From Camelus ferus (taxonomy: Eukaryota), in NCBI RefSeq assembly GCF_009834535.1, contig NC_045707.1:48238001-48302000 (forward strand): DNA of 64,000 nucleotides, in the 5' to 3' direction. Each line of letters starts with the position of its first letter. The first letter of the stretch is position 1. A model generated the notes under the pieces. That model was not told the origin of the DNA, searched no databases, and saw nothing but the letters and a program-made list of their open reading frames with translations. Positions 36,951 to 49,592 of the stretch are shown here, piece after piece. The translations under genes were made by a program, and so were the position numbers.

Positions 36951-39159
36951 ATAACTAAGTCAGATAGAAGAGGGCCAGGCATGGATCAGCGTTGTGTGTC
37001 ATGATCTATAAATTAATTCAAATTCATAAACCACAGGTTCTTTTAAAAACCAAGCAAGAGAACAAAAGATTGATTTTTAAAGCTATTGTTGATTTTATCT
37101 GTTTAACTTAAAAATTTTTCCAGCTGAAGAAATAAAAGGCACAATGAATCTGATTGTATATGCTTATAATATATAAAAACAGAAATTGAATGGGTACTTA
37201 TTTTTGGAGGATGTACAATCTAATATCATTATGAACAATCACAGGATGTGTGGCACACAGCAAGGCACTTGACTCTTCTAAATCCAGATTTTATTACAAT
37301 TTTCTTTGGGATGAGAGGATGGACAGGAATGCTCCCTCTGAGAGATGACATGTCATTAACATAATATATAGGTCATTCTGCCAACAGGGATTGATTCTGC
37401 TATGTGATACTGTTTGTTTTTTATCTTTTAATGATGATTTTGTTTCTTATAACTTCATGTTGGTTCCATTACAATTCTTTTTCCCCTATAGATATATATA
37501 TTTTTCTTTCATCCTGTCAACAGTTACTGCAGTCTGTGTGAAGGTGACATTATAATTATTACCAATATTAAGCAATCAGGATTCATGGCGACTTGGGCTG
37601 AATGAAATTAAAAAACTGGTCAGTCATTTACTTTATATGATTTATATCCTCTTGATCTGAATAATTTTAATGTCTAAACTCTAAGCTTAGAGCCTTATCT
37701 GAATAGGGAGCTATGGTCTTCATAAATATAATTCAGACCATCTTGTCTCCCACATTGAAGGATGGGAATGTGCAGAGCAGTCAGAACTTATGGTTGGAAT
37801 GGACTTCAAATGAGGAGTCACAAGGATTAGTGTCTGGTGTGTGTGCGTGTGTGTTAGGAGTTTTTTTGGGGAGGGCACTCTACAGATAAAGATCAGAATA
37901 AGAATATCTTTGCATATTTTGCCCAAGTAACTGTATCAATAGAACTAGAACAGAATTTTTTGGTTTCTTTCGGCCTCTATTACAAATTGTAGGGTTTAAA
38001 AAATCTCTTTATATTCCTTTTTTGTTAGTGTCCTATTTAAAAATATTAGAGCCCCAGGATAAGGGTGTTTGCTCACCATTTGCATTGCTTGTGTTACAGA
38101 GCCAGCTCCAAGGCCAGGCAGCAATGTATGCTGAACGATTGACTAGCCCCCATTAGGCAATGAGACCGCTTTAGCAATCAGTCTCCTTAATGGTGTTATT
38201 TACTTGTTGAAAACGTGCTTTCCACATTGGCTTAGCTCTTCAATTTACATAGGCCCGTGGCCACTCTGCTGTGACACAGATCACTTTCTGAACACTGCAG
38301 CTTTTCTGATCTCCTTCTTACATCCAGACACGTAGACAATTGCATTCCTTTTCATTCAGCATCACTGCCTTGCCCTGCCCTGCCTCTGAATTGCGACTCT
38401 TTGATTCTTTATTATAAATCTAACATGTCCCAGCCTGGTCTGGGATTCCACAAAGTCCTTGGCTTTAGATTATAAATAGGCTTGCAACTCAAGTGGAGTC
38501 TTGTCTGCCTGTTTACTAGACTGCTTTTGAGATTGTTCAAACCCAAACAGCCAGGGGAGAGATGGAAACTTAATTTGTTTCAGGCTTCAATGCCTGGGGG
38601 CAAGGCAGACTCTCAGTTTCCCATGAGCAGACTACTAAATGTTTTCAACCCAGGTGAGCAGCAAAGACTTTGTGTACAGGCCATACACAGATTTCCCAAG
38701 AAGTACAGCTCATACTCAGATGACAGAGTTACCTGTCATATACTGAACGAGACCCACCTACCCAGGGAGTTGAGCAATTCTTTGCTTGTTCAATTTGTTA
38801 ATCCTTGACTCAGTTGAACAGAGGCCCTGGCACATGTTGCAGAAAGTACAGCAAACACTCCATGTGCCAAATACGATGGGGCTTTTGCCTGCTCTCCTCT
38901 GCCCTCACCTTCACTAATCCCTCCTGGAAGAACGAGTTTTAAAGTTCCTCCTGTTGTCCTGGAAGCTGTTATTGTTGAGACAAAAAGCTACAATCAGGAC
39001 AAATTGAATTGTTAAGCAAGACTGAAGCCAGTTGTTTGGAAGAATGAATCTCAGGGAAGAATTAAGTTTGAAATTTTAATGTGTTAAGTGACATAATACG
39101 GAAGAATTACTGTTTTGTGAACCATGTCGAAAGAAAGATGGTAAACTGAGTGTGTCCCA

Positions 39160-40110
39160 ATTTAATTTAATTCAGTTCAGAAATTATTTATGGATACCAA
39201 TCATGAAGCCTTGAATTAGACTATGTTAGACACTGAACGAGGAGAGAACAGATTCTTCTTAAGAAGTCTACAGTTTGTATGTTGACTGATTCACATAGGC
39301 CAGTGTAGTACCTGTGATTAACACAGAGACCAGGGTGTAATAGGCATTCAATGTATCTTGTGTTATTGTGTTATTATTGTATTGTTTGATTATTATTAAT
39401 GTGAGAATTACTAATTATTATTAATGTGATTAATTACTGCTATGTGTCAAGTAGTGAAAGACTGACTATTTTTATTATTCCTATGGGAGGCTTACTAGAG
39501 AAAGCAACACATGAACTGATTCGTGAATAGTGATCCTTCCAGTAGAAAGAAAGGAAGGACACTTGGACAGAAGGAATAGCATGTACAAACATCCATGATA
39601 TTAAAGGAACAGCCAGTTCAGTGGCAAGAAGTGTTCAGATTCTTCTTGGCAGGCCAAGGCACATTTGGCAAGAGAACAATCCACTGTACTCCAGTCCAGA
39701 CCTAGTGGTCTTTGCCCAGGGTATACCAGACCAGGATAGCTTGACACAGTGTAGCCAGAAGGAGGTTTTGAAACAGTGAAAGAATACATCCAAAATAAGC
39801 AGAAAGCAATACCCAATGGTCAAGTTTGAAGAGCCAGCTGAAGCTTTGGTGGGATAATAAGTAATGTAGTGCAAAGTCAATAGTCATTGGAAATATGCCC
39901 AAATGCAGATTTAGAAATAAGTTGGAGGGGAAGGCATTTCATCTGGATCATGATTGGCACCACTGAAAATGGTTGAGAGGCAAGAAGGAAAAGGACCAGT
40001 TAGGAAGCACTGCCAAATTCAAGTAGATAAGGATTTGAAATAAAGGCAGTGGTACTGGGTAAAAGTATGAAAAAAGTTTAAAAAGCAAAATTCATCACAC
40101 TTGATAAACA
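39160..40110 (-). mobile_element. L2 LINE fragments
   Basis: ttaattcagttcagaaattatttatggatacc tail; ggacagaaggaatagcatgtacaaa; ggaccagttaggaagcactgc. Confidence 0.6.
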
Positions 40111-40162
40111 AGGGAATATGCGATTGAGAAGACACATGTAGAAAATGCTCCCATGGTGCTCA

Positions 40163-40480
40163 GGGACAACACCTTGCAGGGTGTTGGATACAGACGGACT
40201 CTGTGACTGATACATGTTGACCCAACAGCTAGAATACATGAGTCTGGGAACCAAAGGGATGAAGTAGCACTAGCCTCTCTCATCATCATTCTTAATGATC
40301 AACCCATCTGTGGATTTGTGTTTCCCATCACCTTTGGTTCTGCCAAATTAGAGGTCCAAATTCTCAGTAGGGGAATGTTTCCATTAGTGGACATACTAAG
40401 TGGTCCATTAGTGGACTGAACTTGAAGCTGCCACATCACTTTGCAATCCTCATGCTAGTGGCCCATCAGGTGAAAATTCA
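40163..40480 (+). mobile_element. ERVL-type internal fragment (integrase C-terminus to dUTPase start), degenerate
   Basis: From 40228 translates ARIHESGNQRDEVALASLIIILNDQP...FGSAKLEVQILSRGMFP, then after a frame change NLKLPHHFAILM; resembles recalled ERVL pol ARIHGSRNQGVEVEVAPLTITPSDP...RSAGLEVLVPEGG...WKLRLPPGHFGLL; upstream gacaacaccttgcagggt (DNTLQG). Confidence 0.8.
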
Positions 40481-41199
40481 GGGGAAAATGACTCTGACAA
40501 TAAATAAAGGTGGAATGCGATTAGTTCCAAAAGAGAAAAATAAAAGAATGCCATGGAAATCTAGAAGATGGAGAAATTCAGTAAGATTCAAAAATGCAAA
40601 GATGAAAGGCCAAGAGATGGGCAATGCATAAATGTTGATAAGAACAAATGTCAGAAAGCTACATATTATTTTATTGTATGAAAATATTTACAAATACTCT
40701 TTTGAAAGTGTCTCTGTTAGATAAATAAAGGTGCATCTGTATACAATCTAGTTATATTTTATTTGACTTGGTGATACTGTCTCATCCTTATTTTTAATAA
40801 CAATGAAAGAAATTCATAAATAACCCCTGAGAGCAAAATTCTAACACATTTTTTCTATTGCCTCATGAAGAATATTTTTCCTTGCATATTTGCCCCTTAT
40901 TATTTAGAGTTGTGATCCCTTAGGTATTCAAAATATTTTAATATAATTATTAAAACAATAAATAAACTTTGAAAGAGTTAAATAAATTCAACTTTATTGT
41001 CTTGACCTTGTGCTGATATTCCCTTGCCCTGCCAAGATTCAGATTCATATTTCAGGCATAATAAAAAATAGTCATACAATAAACTGATACAAAACATCAG
41101 CTTAACTTGAGTTGTCCTTTTTTCTAGACAGTTAGTATTTCTGCTCCCATTCTCCAGTAGAGAGAATAATTTGCTTAAGTGGTGCTAGCTGACAATCAA

Positions 41200-41410
41200 A
41201 TAGTGTTATGACTAAGAGCATGAGTCCTGGGATCAGATGCAACTGGGTATTAAGAGCTAGGGATGACACCAACTGTACTACCATGTGCAAATGAATTCAC
41301 CTCTCTGAACCTTAGGTTCTTTGTTTGTAAACTGGGGGTCATAATAAGACTTCCCTACTTTCAGGAATTTTGTGATTACACAAGTTAGTGCAAGTAAAAT
41401 ATTAGCCTGA
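41200..41410 (+). mobile_element. MIR SINE
   Basis: cacctctctgaaccttaggttctttgtttgtaaactgggggtcataataa core. Confidence 0.7.
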
Positions 41411-42064
41411 TTTGAAGACTATAGTTCACTTCCAATAACACAAAATCTCTAGTAAATTCAGTAGTATTAGTATCTCCAGTAGTAGAACTCATAATGGTAG
41501 TAGTAGTTGTTGTTGTACTTAAAAGATAATTTTCAAAAAATAGGTAACTCATGATTTTCACACAGACATGAAAATGAACATGTATTAAATTTTTTCACTC
41601 ATTAGTGAGAGAATCAAGCAGATGCTATACCCAGTTCAAAGACAATCCAAAGAACAGACACCTTTATAAATGAGGAATATCAAAATGAATGTGATGCAAA
41701 GAAAAAAAGCAAAAAAGATGCAAAACTGGCCTCTTCCATAGTGGAGGAGGGAGAGCAATTGAATGCCCCCCAGATAGAACTTACACGTCTGTAGACGATT
41801 TATTTTGCATTACTCAGTTATCTACAGCTTACAGAGTTGTAAAAGGCCTTCCACAGAGTCAGTGTTTTTAAATGAAGAGGGATGTGCTATAGATAATGTG
41901 TACTTTTCCACTGAAGTATATTTTTTCTCTACATAGTGGTGGTGGTGGTAGTATTTCATGTGTGATGAAAACATTGCTAAAAATGGGTTAAATCGTGGAC
42001 AAAACTGAAAAAGAATACAGCATTTAAATTATTCAGAAGGTGCTGGTGGCCCCAGCATCAAAAA

Positions 42065-42200
42065 TCCCCCTGGATTCTAGTTCTATCTTTTTACTATTTA
42101 TCCGATTGACCTTGGACAAGTCATTCAACTTCTTTCAGTCTCGTTTTCCTCATCTGTGAAGTTAGGCACCGGAGCATATGCTTACTAAAGCATCCTCTCC
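42065..42200 (+). mobile_element. MIR SINE fragment
   Basis: gaccttggacaagtcattcaacttctttcagtctcgttttcctcatctgtgaa. Confidence 0.75.
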
Positions 42201-43063
42201 CCCTGCCCCACCAGACTCACATCTATAGACAAGAAGCAATGACTGCTGATGTGAATTATTGTGCAATGTCTCTCCTGGATAATCTACACATGGGTAACTG
42301 AGACTTGACTGCAAATGAGCAACGTGATTAGAGTTACTGACCTAAACAATTCCAGCAAATGACAAGTCCTTAGGGCCTTTGAAATGCCACCCATTCTACT
42401 GTGTATATTTAATGAAATGCTAATGTAATTTTGCTAAACATGCAGTACTTATCATTACACATGATGGATTGGAAATATGAGTTTCCAATGGTAGTGAACT
42501 GTCACAGAAATAGTGATTAAGCATCACAATTATGGGAACACCTACCTTTTATATCAGAAAGTCATTTTTTTCCCCGCTTGTGTCAGTTAAAGTCGTAAGA
42601 GACTGTGAATGTGAGGCCAAGGGTGTGTGTTGAAAGTATGGTGTAACAACATTCAATTCGAACTCTGCTTGCCTGGTGTCATCTGGGTGGGTGATGTCTA
42701 TCTTATGGTACCAAGAGCACCGCACAAGATTTTTGTATATCAGTCCCTCAATTCCGAGTGTGAGATGACCTGAGATATCTGAGCCAATGTTGGATAACAA
42801 GTGGTCTCCTTTTATAAAATAATTTTTATCATAAAATGAAAATTTAATGGAATATTTACTATAAAATTAAAAAAATTATTTGATATAGAAAACACATGTA
42901 GATGAATCTAACTCAGGTTAAGAGACAGACTTTGAATAGTTACCTAGGATCCTCCAGGTGTCCTGTCTCAATCACAACACTCTTCCCCTTTCCTGAAGAA
43001 AACCACTCTCCTGTACACCAATCACTTCCTTTCATTTCTTCACAGTTTTATAAATATGTTGCT

Positions 43064-43119
43064 GAACATGGCCAAATATCCCCTGGGAGAGAGGGATCGC
43101 CCCTGGTTGGAAACCACTA
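43064..43119 (-). mobile_element. hAT-Charlie MITE terminus (MER20-like)
   Basis: catggccaaatatcccctgggaga...atcgcccctggttggaaaccact resembles the reverse complement of the MER20 5' end. Confidence 0.6.
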
Positions 43120-44044
43120 TTTTAAGAAGTCCTTAAGGCATAAATATACTTGGAGGAAAGGAGGAATTTGCCTGTAGTTTGCGTGTAAAACATCTAGGCT
43201 ACCAATAAATTCCAGCAGTGGTTTGACCTGACCACATTCTATAACAAACCAAACAGAAATGGATGTAGATACATAAACATTTATTCATCTTTATATAATT
43301 TTTAATGTTTTCAACTACTTACAATTTTTGAACATTGTATATGTAGTGTCTTCCTGATTATGTTACTTATACGTAGTTATTATGTAAGAGGAAGAAAGAA
43401 ATCGAAGAAGATAACAATTATCTGTAATCCTGTCCCACAAATCTAGGTATTATGTTCAGTTGAGGTTTATTGTGTGATTTTCATCTCTCTCTATCCGTCC
43501 ACCTATGTCATTTAGCATAAAGCTCAATATAAATATACCACATAAATATACATATAGTACATATGATATTTTGTGTTGTTTGGATCATTATAAAATGCAT
43601 GTAGCATTTTTAATCTTTTTTCTTTAATCTGTTTTCTCATATACTTCTCTCTTCTTGAAATAAATAGTTAAAATATATTTCTAAAGGCTAGGGCTTTAAA
43701 AAAGCTATCCATATTACCACTTATCTCATCAAAAATTAATAATAATTTTTTTAAATTATAAAACTAGAGAATAAACTTATTCCCTTCACCATTGAAGGGA
43801 AGTGACAATTCGAATTCAGTTAGTGAATGAAAATGTATTGGATCTAAATCTTGGGCTACACTACATTTTACTGACAAAGTGACAGTGTGATTTTATGCAC
43901 CTCAAGCACTGTCATTTGGACAAAGATTCCAGTTTCTGGAAGGCAATATTTTTCAAGTTCTAGTAATCCACACAACTGTCTTCCTTGGTGGAAAGAGGGG
44001 GATATCTTAGACAGGAATCTCTTACAGTCTTGTCCATTCTCATG

Positions 44045-44062
44045 GTGGCCCCCTAGTGGTCA
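44045..44062 (-). promoter_or_regulatory. Candidate CTCF binding motif
   Basis: Minus strand TGACCACTAGGGGGCCAC vs CTCF core consensus TGGCCASYAGRKGGCRS. Confidence 0.55.
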
Positions 44063-44899
44063 GATGGATTTTGCATGTGTTTCTTGACTGAGTGTTAAAA
44101 AAAAAGGGAGGGGGGTGTTTGTAATTTTGAGGGGAGAGGAGGGGAAAGACTTTCAGAGGGCACCACACAAAAAAATGATAATGTATTTCTTTACTCACAG
44201 ATAGAAATATTCTGAGGTCCACTGAAAGCTGTTCTATCAGCTACAGTCTTAGCCATAGTGAAACCAGGGATCTTGATCAAATGCAGCCAGGCTGCAGGAA
44301 AACAGAAGACCATGGCCTGAGTCCTTGACAGTCAAGCCTCTAGATCAATTTGGGCTTGAATTTCCTACTTTGTAAACCTAGTAATCATAATAAGCAAACT
44401 GTCCAGGCCCCTTATAATCCTCCTGACTGTATAGTTCTATGAAATAGAAGCTCTCTCATCAATAACTTCCTCAGAAGGCAAATGTTTATATAAATCATCC
44501 AGTTAAAGTATTCTGAATTTGAAATGCTTGGAGAAAAAAAGGAGCAAGTTCTTATTCTCTTCTGATGAAAATTCAATGTAAAAGTATTAATTCTTTTGAA
44601 AAATGTTACTGAGCCTACAATAGACAATCTACTCTGCTAGATATTGGGGTGGAGATGAGGAGAGGAGATAAGAAGAGAAAAACACACATAATCTGTCATA
44701 AACAAGTTTATATTTTGTAGATGAAAAGATTAAAGTGGCTGACTTTGAAAAAAATTTGAACTTGACAAAATAAATACTTCATGAAATAGTTATTTGCACC
44801 ATAACAGAAATGTTGAGGATCATGCTCTTGCAGTGTTAACCCATATAAAAGAAGCCAATTACATGCACACACAGATACACACATAGTCATTTGTAACCT

Positions 44900-45145
44900 G
44901 CGTTACCTATTGTGAGTACAAGTTAACAGTAAGGGTTATAGTGACCAAGTTGGGTGCTTTCGATGTATTATCTCATTGAATCCTTATAATAATGCTATGA
45001 GAAGCATTATTAATATTTTCATTCTACATTTGAGTAAATGAAGCACCCAAAGCCCAGGTAATTTGCTCAAAAGCCAAAGACAGTAAGAGATGAAATGGGA
45101 ATTTGCCTCCTTAGTTTGAGTTCTTAATTATTTGACTATATATGG
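44900..45145 (-). mobile_element. MIR SINE
   Basis: tattatctcattgaatccttataataatgctatgag...attctacatttgagtaaatgaagc. Confidence 0.7.
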
Positions 45146-45382
45146 TTTTACTTTTGGCCCCCTCCTGCTTGAACTATTGTTATACTCAGGTCAAAACCCA
45201 CTGTTCTAGAAGCGAGTGCTGGTCAGAGAGTACATCTGGACTTCCTTTAATTTAGTCCTAGGGTACTAAAGTAGGAAGGCACTAAAAGTGTTTCTATTCC
45301 TTCAAGATTTTTTTACAGAAAGAACTAAATGTAAGAAGATTTATGAGCAATCAGGACTAGTAACAGATTATTATTAATAACT

Positions 45383-46222
45383 GTTATTTAATTACTGTGG
45401 TAAAACGCACATAACATGAAATCCACCTTAACAATTTTTTCAGCGTCTGGTTCAGTAGTGTTAACTATGCATACACTGTTGGACAGCAGATCTCCAGAAC
45501 TTTTTCATCTTGCATGGCTGAAACTCTGTACCCATTTGAACAGCAACTTCCTATTTTCTGCTCTCCAGGCTCTGGCAACCACCAATCTACTTTCTGCTTC
45601 TATGAGTTTGATTACTTTAAACATATCAAATAAATAGAATCATAAAGAATTTGTCCTTGTGTGAGTGGCTGATTTCACTTAACATAATATCCTCAAGGTT
45701 CATCATGCTGTAGCATATGATAATATTTCCTTCTTTTTAAGGCTGAGTAATATTCCATTGTATGTGTATGCTATGTTTTCTTTATCTGTTCACCTGTCAA
45801 CAGACATTTAGATTGTCTCCGTTTCTTGGCTATTGTAAAGAATGCTATAATGAACATTGGAGCGCAAATATCTCTTGAAGATCTTGTTTCCAATTCTCTT
45901 GGATGAATACTCAGAAATAGGATTGCTACATCATATGGTAGTTCTATTTTTAATTTTTAAGGAATCTCCGTATTGTTTTCCACAGTGACTTCACTATTTT
46001 GCATTCCCACAAACAGTACACAAGGATTCCAGTTTCTCCACATCCTTGCCAACACTTGTTATTTTCTTTCTTTCCTTTTTCTTTTTTAAAAATAACAGCC
46101 ATCCTAACAGGTATGAAGTGATCTCATTGTGGTTTTGATTTGCATTTCCCTGATGATTAGTGATGTTGAACATATTTTTATATAACCGTTGGCTATGTGT
46201 ATGTCTTCTTTGGAGAAATGTC
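45383..46222 (-). mobile_element. L1 3' end (L1MA9/L1MB-like)
   Basis: gcagatctccagaactttttcatcttgca...ctggcaaccaccaatctactttctg...atctcattgtggttttgatttgcatttccctgatgattagtgatgttgaacat. Confidence 0.92.
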
Positions 46223-46482
46223 GATACTAATGATAATCTCATTTGCCTTTTGAAGCAAAGTTCATTCCTTTTCCATGAACAAAAAACAATTTAATTCTTT
46301 GCAAAGAGCATGCACTGAACACATGCTGCAGAATGTATACTAAGCCTGTAAGTCTGCACATCTCTCCTTGAAAAGCATGAAAGAGAAGCAAGTCACATAT
46401 CTTCAAATCCTACTACAAGGCAAAGTCTGAAATGTGTTAATGATGGTACTGGTTTCAGTGGGGATGCTGTGATGGAAAGGGA

Positions 46483-46660
46483 CCTAACATTTATTAATCA
46501 AGTGCCATCACACACAAATCTGATCTGGTGAGTAAGGATCATCATCAGAGGTGTCTGAGGCTCAGAGAAGTTAAAGTCATGTGCCTAGGGACACCAGCAA
46601 GTAGATCCAAGAGTGAACATTTGAAATGAATCTAAAATCTGTAATCTTTCCTACTATAAC
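46483..46660 (-). mobile_element. MIR SINE fragment
   Basis: ctgaggctcagagaagttaaagtcatgtgcctagggacac. Confidence 0.65.
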
Positions 46661-47769
46661 ATTTTGTATCCTCTTTGGGAATTGAGGGAAGTTTCAGAGA
46701 AATTTGACTTTGGAGCTGAAACTTAAAGAATGGATCGGTGTCAGAATTAGAGAAGAAACAGCCTCACTGATTATTCTGCTGTCTCTGTGTTCTGCCTCAG
46801 AAATGAAGCGACAAGCTCCAAGATAACTTGGGACCTGAAGAGAAAGGGGGCGAAGGGGGTGAGTCTCTGAAATAAGCATTAAAAGCCCTATTCACCCCAG
46901 GACACTGTTGAGCTCACAAAGGCCTCCTCATTGTAGAGACTGAGGCTTCTAATTAGTCAGTTAAGCATAACCCTTCCTCTGATTATTGTGAACTCTTCCC
47001 ATTTTCTGGGGATCTCAGACCCAAACTTCCACCAAGAGTAATTGCCCTAAAGTGAGCTTCTTACAGCTATGAATTTTTTTCTCTTGAGCATCAGCTATTT
47101 CCTAATTGTTAAATGCAAATGACAATTTGTTGATTCTGGGGACTGCACAGTTATTAGGCAAATCAAGATTATGAATTCTGGTCCAAAGGCAAGATCTTCG
47201 ACATCATCAAGGAATCAACAACCAGGGATATGATGTAATCAAGATTTGGGGCTTTGCAAAGAAACTGTTCTTGCCTAAGGGAGGCTGGCCTCGGGTGGTG
47301 GTGGGTGGGGCTCTGTGGACCTTTGTGGAATCCTCAGTGTTTATTTCCATCTGGAGTTGTTAGCTGAAGTGTGTTTCTCATTAGAGTCAGCTGTGGGAAT
47401 CCAAGAGTTTTATAACGTCTCCGTTTATTCATATTTAGCCAACAAATACTTAGAGGCTGAAGAGCATTACTAAGTCAACATAAAGCTGCAATTCATCAAG
47501 TCATATTCAGAAGGGAGAGGAGATAAGGATTGCGGGGCCTCTTCTGGACCCCCTGCCCAGCCACCCAATCTCCTAGTAGCCTCAGAACTGACCCTATACT
47601 GAGGATGGCTCATCTCCTTATCAGAAACCTGGGGAAGGATGCAGCCAGGTGGATGTCCCTGTAAAAATGCCTAGTTATTGTCCCCAATGGTTTGTTGTCA
47701 TCATTTAATAAACTGAATGTAAAATTGACAGACTACTACCACCCATCATTTAATGAGCTGCTGTTAAGA

Positions 47770-48010
47770 AAGTAGTGTTAATGGTGTGAGGTGCAGACAG
47801 GAGACAGGCAGATTTTGCTCTGACTGACTCCTGACTCTGTCACCAGCTGTGTGATTTGGGGCAGGTGACTTTACCCCTGGAGTCTTAGTTTCATTAGTAA
47901 CATGGGCATATTAGTACATGGGTTTTGAGAGCAGTAAATTAGATGCATTTTTGTGAATGTTCCTATTACATTACTTGGCACTTGATATGTGCCTAGTGAA
48001 TAGCATTACT
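47770..48010 (+). mobile_element. MIR SINE
   Basis: accagctgtgtgatttggggcaggtgacttta...gagtcttagtttc...cttggcacttgatatgtgcctagtgaatagcatta. Confidence 0.75.
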
Positions 48011-48299
48011 CTTTTCCATAAGGTACAAGAATATATTTGTATGACCTAAGATTTCCTTTGATGTATATGTATCTGTTAACGAATTCCCCTCAAATTAGGA
48101 TAAATCAATACATACATAGGTAATGTTGAAAAATATATGATGAAATTGGGATTACTGTCATCAAAGAATAATATTCTATATATTTGGAAAGAAACTAAAT
48201 TAAATTTAAAAATATTACCAATGCATTTGTTCTGTAATTCTTATTATGTTTACACAATTAAACTGAGCTGGAAACTAGATGGTGAGGATGATTAAGGTA

Positions 48300-48562
48300 A
48301 TATAAGAAGATGATTAAAGTAGTAGAACAGGACCAAAGAGAAGTGTACAAACAAAATAGAACTGAGGGTTTTAAGGAAAAAGAAATTAGTAGAATTAAGA
48401 TAAACTTTATGGAGGAAAAAGTAGTTTCTAAATTGAACTTTAAAGTGCAAATTGAATTTCAAAGGTCAGAAATTAGGGATCAGGCATTCTGAGGAGCACC
48501 TGAGGAACAGGCGGAGCACAAGACATGCAAGAGGCTGGTGGATGGTGTGGTTTGATTGGAGT
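48300..48562 (-). mobile_element. L2 fragment (continues at ~49593-49790 after the nested insertions)
   Basis: aactttatggagg...ttgaactttaaag...ggcattctgagg; resumes as ttttaaatgtcagcctaa...aagtgacatgatcagg. Confidence 0.55.
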
Positions 48563-49592
48563 CAGTCCCGGTTCCATGGACGTGTGATTTGTGCATTTCT
48601 ACAGGTTCCCACACTTAGTTTATTGCTCTATTGTTGCCATCTTGAAATTCATAATAACTTTTGAACAAGGGCCCCTACATTTTCATTTTGCACTGGGCCT
48701 CAAAAATTGTGTAGCTCCCTACTGAACAGGAGAAGATATTTGCAAACAATATATCCAATAAAAGGTTAATATCCAAAATATACAAAGAACTCATACAACT
48801 CAACACAAAAAATAGGCAAAGGATCAGAATAGATATTTTTCCAAAGAAGACATACAGATGGCTAACAGGTACATGAAAAGATGCTCAATGCCACTAATCA
48901 TCAGGGAAATACAAATCAAAACCACAATGACATATCACCTCCCACCTGTCAGAAAGGCCATCATCAAAAAGACAACAAACAAAAAGTGTTTGGCAAAGAT
49001 GTGGAGAAAAGGGAACCCCAAACACTGGTAATAAGATTGTAAATTGGTGTAGCCACTATGGAAAACAGCATGGAGACTCCTCAAAAAATTAAAAACAGAA
49101 CTACCCTACAGTCTGGTAATTCCACTCCTGTGTATTTATTCAAAGAAAAGGAAAACACTAATTCAAAAAGATATATGCACCCCCATGTTGACTGCAGTGC
49201 AGCATTATATGTAATAGCTAAGATATGGAAGCAACTTAAGTGCCCATCTATAGATAAATGGATAAAGAAGATGTATTTATGGATAATAACAGATACACAC
49301 ACACACACACACACATAAAACTCAGCCATTTAAAAGAGAATGAAATCTTGCCATTTGTGACAACATAGGTGGATCTAGAGGGTAGTATGCTAAGTGAAAT
49401 AAATCAGATAGAGACAAATACTGTATGGTTTCACATATGTGTGAAATCTAGAAAACAGAACAAATGAACAAACATAACTAAACAGAGTCAAGACTCAGAA
49501 CAAACAGGTGGTTGCCAGAGGGGAAGGAGAGAAACAGGTGAGGGAGATTAAGAGGTACAGACTTCCAAAAAGTAATTGTGTAGCTGGTCCTG
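48563..49592 (+). mobile_element. MER91A-like hAT-Tip100 MITE split by an L1 insertion
   Basis: cagtcccggttccatgg...gccatcttgaaattcataataacttttgaacaagggcccctacattttcattttgcactgggcc...aattgtgtagct, with terminal ggtcctg at 49586-49592. Confidence 0.85.
48717..49573 (+). mobile_element. L1 ORF2-end/3' UTR fragment, truncated at both ends
   Basis: ggagaagatatttgcaaac...catgaaaagatgctcaa...ggaaaacagcatggag...gattaagaggtacagacttccaaaaa; TSD aattgtgtagct at 48705-48716 and 49574-49585; (CA)n at ~49296-49315. Confidence 0.93.

Noticed and set aside
47292..47310. G-rich tract gggtggtggtgggtgggg as a G-quadruplex
   Set aside because: It has only three runs of three or more G, so it does not meet the canonical four-tract pattern.
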